The notes under the pieces are model-generated. The model was given only the letters and a program-made list of their open reading frames with translations, ran no database searches and was not told the DNA's origin. This document shows positions 59,376-64,000 of a stretch of DNA of 64,000 nucleotides, piece after piece (positions within the stretch are counted from its first letter, which is position 1; every line of letters starts with the position of its first letter). The stretch is from a virus: IMG/VR virus record IMGVR_UViG_3300037258_000161, positions 44,412 to 108,411 of that record; one strand, written 5' to 3'. Position numbers and translations under genes: made by a program.

Positions 59376-60236
59376 TTGTTCACCACGCGCATCAGCGCCT
59401 ACCTCGCAGCCGCCGGCCTGGCGGCTGGCGGCTTCCTGGCGGTGGCTGCGGCTCCTGCCGCGTCCGCCAGCACGGGCCCGGTTATCTACACGACGAACGC
59501 CGCCGGCTACCAGGCGTCGGGGAGAGATTTCAGATTCATCACCTCGACAATCACCGTCCCGGACTGGTTCAGCAATGTGCTGTACCCGCAGTCCTACATC
59601 CAGCTGTCCGAGGGCAGCCTGAATAACCTCGTCTCCCAGAGCGGCGACCAGTTCGTCCGCGCCGGGATCGAGCCCTGCGTGCTCGCCAAGGTCTTCGGGT
59701 CCACCTGCACGCCCGGCGACTGGGTGGCGTTCGTCAGCGAGTACAACAACTCGCTGAACTTCCCGGTCTTCCAGCACTTCACGGACCTCGCCGGCGTGCA
59801 GGCCGGGGACGGCGTGAACTTCTCGGTCTACTTCGACCAGGCCGGGAATGAGCTCCACTTCACGATCACCCCGCCGGTCACCAGCGGCCCGGAGCAGTTC
59901 TACAAGACCAACGCGCACGGGCCGCTGTTCGACCACGCCGCAGCGGTCAATGACTTCCTGGCCACCACCGGCAAGCCCGTGCCGCTGCCCCCGGGGTTCA
60001 ACCCCATCAAGGTCAACTCGTTCTACCAGGGCGCGCTGACCACCTACTCGGGCCTGCGTGGCTCGCTCACCAGCCCCGGATGGGCGACCTCCGAGGTGCA
60101 GGCCACGTCCAACGGGCTCCAGCCGCCGAGCGGGGCGCTCCGGGTGGACCCGGGTGCCCTGTTCACGGACGGCCTGTCCGCGAACGGCGCGAAGCGGGCT
60201 GACGACGCCTTCGGGCCCGTCACGGTCGTCGGCTAG
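59376..60236 (+). CDS. Secreted beta-rich protein (weak G1/eqolisin-like N-terminus)
   Basis: TTG start with AAGGGGA RBS; signal peptide ending APAASA; NAAGY...FRFITSTITVP. Confidence 0.6.
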   Translation: MFTTRISAYLAAAGLAAGGFLAVAAAPAASASTGPVIYTTNAAGYQASGRDFRFITSTITVPDWFSNVLYPQSYIQLSEGSLNNLVSQSGDQFVRAGIEPCVLAKVFGSTCTPGDWVAFVSEYNNSLNFPVFQHFTDLAGVQAGDGVNFSVYFDQAGNELHFTITPPVTSGPEQFYKTNAHGPLFDHAAAVNDFLATTGKPVPLPPGFNPIKVNSFYQGALTTYSGLRGSLTSPGWATSEVQATSNGLQPPSGALRVDPGALFTDGLSANGAKRADDAFGPVTVVG

Positions 60237-60250
60237 CACCACCAAGACGT

Positions 60251-60302
60251 CCCGCCGGTCCCGGGCACCCCGTGGGGGGGAAGTGGGCCCGGGACCGGCG
60301 GG
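60251..60302. terminator. 15-bp stem hairpin
   Basis: CCCGCCGGTCCCGGG...CCCGGGACCGGCGGG. Confidence 0.5.
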
Positions 60303-60322
60303 GCCACCACCACGGGGGAACG

Positions 60323-60793
60323 ATGAAGGGACGAACTTTGAGCGGTCGGTCTTTCGACGCGGAGTACGCGGCGGCGATCGGGGCACGCCTGCGCCGCCTG
60401 CGGGAAACGCGCGGCCTGTCGCTCTCCCAGGCGTGCAGGCTGGCCATGGCGGAACTGCGATGGGACCTCAAGCCGGTATCGCTGGCCTCCTGGGAGCGGG
60501 GTGACCGCAGGGTCCCCGTCCACAAGCTTGCGGCGCTGGCGCGGCTGTACGGCGTCCCCGTGGCAGACCTGCTGCCCGGCACGCAATGGGACGCCCCTGA
60601 GCCTCCCTCCGTCCTCTCTGAGTTCCCTGCCGAGATTTCCCTCACGATGGACTCCCTCGGCCGCTGGGCGCTGGTCCTGGACGGCCCCCAGCTTCACGGT
60701 GCGGCGGTGTCGACGTCCCGCCCCGTACTCCTGGCCATCGCTGAGTCTTACGCGGCCATGCGCCGCGACCAGGAGGCGGTGAGCGCCGCGTGA
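60323..60793 (+). CDS. BldD-like XRE DNA-binding protein
   Basis: EYAAAIGARLRRLR...GLSL...K.V...S.ERGDRRV.V..LA.LA..YGVPV..LLPG. Confidence 0.72.
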   Translation: MKGRTLSGRSFDAEYAAAIGARLRRLRETRGLSLSQACRLAMAELRWDLKPVSLASWERGDRRVPVHKLAALARLYGVPVADLLPGTQWDAPEPPSVLSEFPAEISLTMDSLGRWALVLDGPQLHGAAVSTSRPVLLAIAESYAAMRRDQEAVSAA

Positions 60794-61330
60794 GCGGACT
60801 TGTCATCGCAGCGATCGTGCTGGTGTCCGTCGCTGTCTACCTGCTTTGGGGCTGGCATCTCGCCATGACGCAGCTGCCGGTATCGCGGGCCATCGCGTTC
60901 GCCGAGTGGTCATCAGAACGCAGCCGCCGGTCAAGCCTGCGCCAGCAGACCGCGTGCATCGCCTTGTTCTGGCCCCTCATGATGCCGTTCCGAGTGGCCC
61001 GGACCCGGCTGGATGAGGCGATCGACGGCCGGGATCCTGTAGCCCTCGCTGCCAAGGTCGCCGAGCGTGACCGCTACATCGCCCAGCTTGAGCGAGAGGC
61101 AGGCATCCGGCCATGAACCCCGTCGCCGCGTGGCTTGAGAGCACCGAGGGCCAGGACTGGGCCCGGACCCGGATGACCAGACCGCGCCAGGGCCACCAGT
61201 CACAGGTCCCGGGCTTCGCCCCGTTCGCCCAGATCCTGGCCGACCCCGGGCTCGACGCCTCCCCGTACGGCGTGTTCACGCCAGACCCCGCGCACGATCC
61301 GTGCGGGCGTCCTGTCCTGCGGGAGTTGAG

Positions 61331-61846
61331 ATGACTTCCCTCCCCAAGATCGGCGCACCGGGGCCCCCCGTCCCGGCTGCGCGGCACGGCGCTGCCCCCG
61401 TGGCGCACGTGTCCCCGGTCCCGCTGTCCGCCTACCCCGGCGGCGGGACCGGGCCCCAGACTCCGGGCACCTGTGCTGAACGGGAACCACCACGGGTGCC
61501 CGGCCCGCTTGCCCCCGGCATGGCGAAACTCGCGGCAGCGATGAGCGAGGGAGAGCTCGAGCGGAAGGTGCGCGGCATCTGCCGCGACCTCGGCCTGCTC
61601 GCCTACCACACGCACGACTCGCGCCGGAGCCCGGAGGGTTACCCGGACTGGACGTTCTGCGGGCCCCGCGGCGTGATGTGGCGGGAGCTCAAGCGCGAGA
61701 ACGGGGGCGTCACTGCGGCACAGAAGACGTGGCTGGCCGCCCTCGTAGCCGCCGGGCAGGACGCGTGCATATGGCGCCCCTCGGACCTGCTGTCCGGCCG
61801 CATCGCAAGGAAGCTGGCCGCACTGGCGGGGATCGGTGCGCCATGA
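61331..61846 (+). CDS. VRR-NUC nuclease
   Basis: MSEGEL...YHTHDSRRS..GYPD...RELK...G.VT..Q..W; start uncertain. Confidence 0.8.
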   Translation: MTSLPKIGAPGPPVPAARHGAAPVAHVSPVPLSAYPGGGTGPQTPGTCAEREPPRVPGPLAPGMAKLAAAMSEGELERKVRGICRDLGLLAYHTHDSRRSPEGYPDWTFCGPRGVMWRELKRENGGVTAAQKTWLAALVAAGQDACIWRPSDLLSGRIARKLAALAGIGAP

Positions 61847-62852
61847 CCACCGACCCGGCCCGCGAGGCGATCCACGAGGCCATCCAGAAGCACGCACCCA
61901 GAGGCGAGGACGCCCTCCTGACTGGGTGGGTGTTCGTCGCTGAGTGGGTGGACCACGACGGCGAGCGGTGGCTCTCGAAGGCCGCCGCAGCGTCCACGTC
62001 GAACTGGGCGGCGAACGGGATGCACCACGAGGCCATCTGGGGTGACTGGGGTGACTGACCGCATGACCACCAAGCGCGCAACGCCACCCGACCCCTCCCG
62101 CATCCAGGACACCCCGTCCCTCCTCGCTGCCCTCCGGGACTTCCGCGAGCAGGCAGGGAACCCGCCGCCACGGAAGATCGCCATCGCCTGCCGGCAGCTG
62201 GTGACCGCCACGCCCATCGCCGCGGCACTCAAGGGGGACCGTCTCCCGCCGTTGCGGACGGTTACGGCGGTGCTGAGGGGCTGCGGGGCGACGGGGGAGT
62301 ACGAGGCTGCGTTCGCTGAGGCCTGGCAGCGGTGCCGGGTGCCCGGGGACGCGTAGGTAGCAGGTCAATTCAACAGCGCAGCGAGGAGGAGATGTGGCTG
62401 GGCAATCAGGCCGGTTCGTCGGCCTTCTTGCGCGAGGTGCCGATGGCGGGCGCAGTGAGACGGGAGATCGTGCCCCGCTCGAGCACGCCGCCGATCATGC
62501 CCTCAAGCTTCCGTGGCCCGTACAGTTTCGGGTCCGTGGCGCGCACAACGGGCAGCAGTTCCCGGACCTTGGCGATCTCCCGCTCATAGGTCTCCTGGGC
62601 CCGCTTGGCCGCCCTTGCATGGGCCACCAGATCATCTACCACGTCGCTCACGCCCTCAGTGTCCGTGATCTTGCCTCATGCCGCAAGGACATGCGCCGGG
62701 TCATGACTTGTGTCATGACTGCCCCAACGTTATCACGGCGTGTTCTCGCGCATGGCTTGCAGCATCGTCTTAGACATGCGTAAGATCATCGCTGCAAGCA
62801 CGTCCAGCGGCATCGTTCCGCATACGTAACCAGCGGAGAGGCATCCCTACCC

Positions 62853-63425
62853 GTGGCCGACATCCCTTCCATCCCCACCTGGTTCGACGGCTGGTGGTTC
62901 CGGTCCAGGACGGAAGCCCGCTGGGCTTTCGTATGGAAGCAGCTCGGCATTGAGTACGAGTACGAGACCCAGGGCTTTGATGCCAACGGGACCTGGTATC
63001 TGCCCGACTTCGTGCTCTACCCCGCGCTCGGCATGCTGTGGGCCGAGATCAAGGGGAGCTGGGAACAGGACCCGGACGGCATCGCCAAGTGGCGGAAGTT
63101 CTCGCCGTGGCGTCCGCAGCGGTCCCGCGGTGCGCTCATCATCGGCATCCCAGCGCTGGACAACAGGGCCGATCTGATCGGCGGCAGCGAGGACGTCTCG
63201 CCATCTGACCCCTGGTACGACGACACCCAGATCTGGCGCCCGTGCCCAAGTGGCTACCACTTCGACCTAGCGCAGCCCGGCCGGTTCGGCGGGAAATTTG
63301 CCGAGGACGGCTGCCCGTACAGCGACCAGGAAGGCCATGGCGAGGACCGGCTGAGGCGCGCCATCGGGGAAGCCCGGGCTTACCGCTTCGAGGACAAGCC
63401 CCCCTCTCCCGGGGAGGCAGCCTAG
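62853..63425 (+). CDS. PD-(D/E)XK nuclease
   Basis: FRSRTEARWA...YEYE..G...YLPDF...WAEIKG. Confidence 0.75.
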   Translation: MADIPSIPTWFDGWWFRSRTEARWAFVWKQLGIEYEYETQGFDANGTWYLPDFVLYPALGMLWAEIKGSWEQDPDGIAKWRKFSPWRPQRSRGALIIGIPALDNRADLIGGSEDVSPSDPWYDDTQIWRPCPSGYHFDLAQPGRFGGKFAEDGCPYSDQEGHGEDRLRRAIGEARAYRFEDKPPSPGEAA

Positions 63426-63427
63426 CC

Positions 63428-64000
63428 ATGCCAGACGGGGTGGAGTGCCTCAACATGGCGGCGACGATGCCGGAGCACCCGAAGATCATGCGGGCCGGCG
63501 GGGATGCCGCGTGGCTATGGGTCTGCGCGATGGCCTACTGCAAGCGGAACAAGACGGACGGCGTGATCGAGGCAACAGCTCTGCCACGGATCTCCGACCG
63601 GCGCCAGCCGATGAAACTCGTAGCCCGGCTGCTCCAGGAGCGCCTGATGCACGGGTCGGCTCATGACTGCAAAGACTGCGTCCAGCCGATGCCCGGCTCC
63701 TACGTAATGCATGACTACGTGGACTGGCAGGGCACCGCGGCCGAGGCCGAGGAGGCTGCCGTGGAGGCTCAGCAGGTCGCGTCAGCCAAGGGCAGGGGAG
63801 GTGCCTTCGGTAACCACCGGAGGTGGCATGCCGCCCGCGGGCACGCCGACCCGGCCTGTCGCTACTGCATCGCATCGGCATCGGATAACCGATCGGATAT
63901 GCCATCGGAGTCCGATGGCATATCCGAAGGGGTAACCGAATCGGGTGCGAGTCGGGTGCGAGTCGCACCAGCGATGACCGAGCCCCCCTCCCCCCCCCAG
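63428..64000 (+). CDS. Phage replication initiator-like protein, N-terminal part (runs off window)
   Basis: MPEHPKI...AAWLWVCAMAYC....TDGVI...YVMHDYVDWQ, then ATCGG/CCGA-rich repeats. Confidence 0.65.
   Translation, partial: MPDGVECLNMAATMPEHPKIMRAGGDAAWLWVCAMAYCKRNKTDGVIEATALPRISDRRQPMKLVARLLQERLMHGSAHDCKDCVQPMPGSYVMHDYVDWQGTAAEAEEAAVEAQQVASAKGRGGAFGNHRRWHAARGHADPACRYCIASASDNRSDMPSESDGISEGVTESGASRVRVAPAMTEPPSPPQ

Noticed and set aside
54488-60323. Shared CACGGGGGAACGA upstream of the AAA ATPase and BldD-like genes
   Set aside because: Only two copies and overlapping the ribosome-binding site; most simply a G-rich RBS

Overview
High-GC actinobacterial temperate siphophage or prophage segment, mosaic with an actinomycete conjugative-element-like block. 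All family assignments come from motif recognition and recall, not from searches. 1-15.3 kb (minus strand): morphogenesis operon with HNH, TerS, TerL, portal, MuF/protease-like protein, scaffold, major capsid, head-tail connectors, tail terminator, major tail, frameshifted tail chaperones and the start of the tape measure. It is interrupted by antisense cassettes (Phd/YefM + DUF6221-like; a second DUF6221-like) and by homing endonucleases. 15.6-20.0 kb: plus-strand island with a DUF3631-like P-loop ATPase and a GIY-YIG protein. 20.2-26.2 kb (minus): late accessory genes (degenerate GH25, packaging-type HNH, beta-sandwich proteins, regulators). 26.2-40.4 kb: AICE/plasmid-like transfer block (TraB/FtsK, Spd/DUF2637-like, GntR Kor-like repressor, Xis-like HTH) containing a TnpB. 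40.9-46.1 kb: small genes, 31-bp-spaced iteron-like repeats and a short secreted peptide. 46.2-48.4 kb: Ro60/TROVE gene preceded by two ~70-nt co-varying Y-RNA-like hairpins and a GntR gene. 49.8-64 kb: repressor/Cro switch and plus-strand early genes (HNHs, AAA_24 ATPase with a class 3 intein, Dam methylase, BldC-like and BldD-like regulators, VRR-NUC, PD-(D/E)XK nuclease, replication initiator). No integrase, tRNA, rRNA or CRISPR array was recognised. Top leads: the Ro60 + minimal Y-RNA locus, the TraB conjugation module inside a phage, the BldC/BldD mimic pair, a protein carrying a copy of the capsid N-terminal arm, and the secreted peptide.
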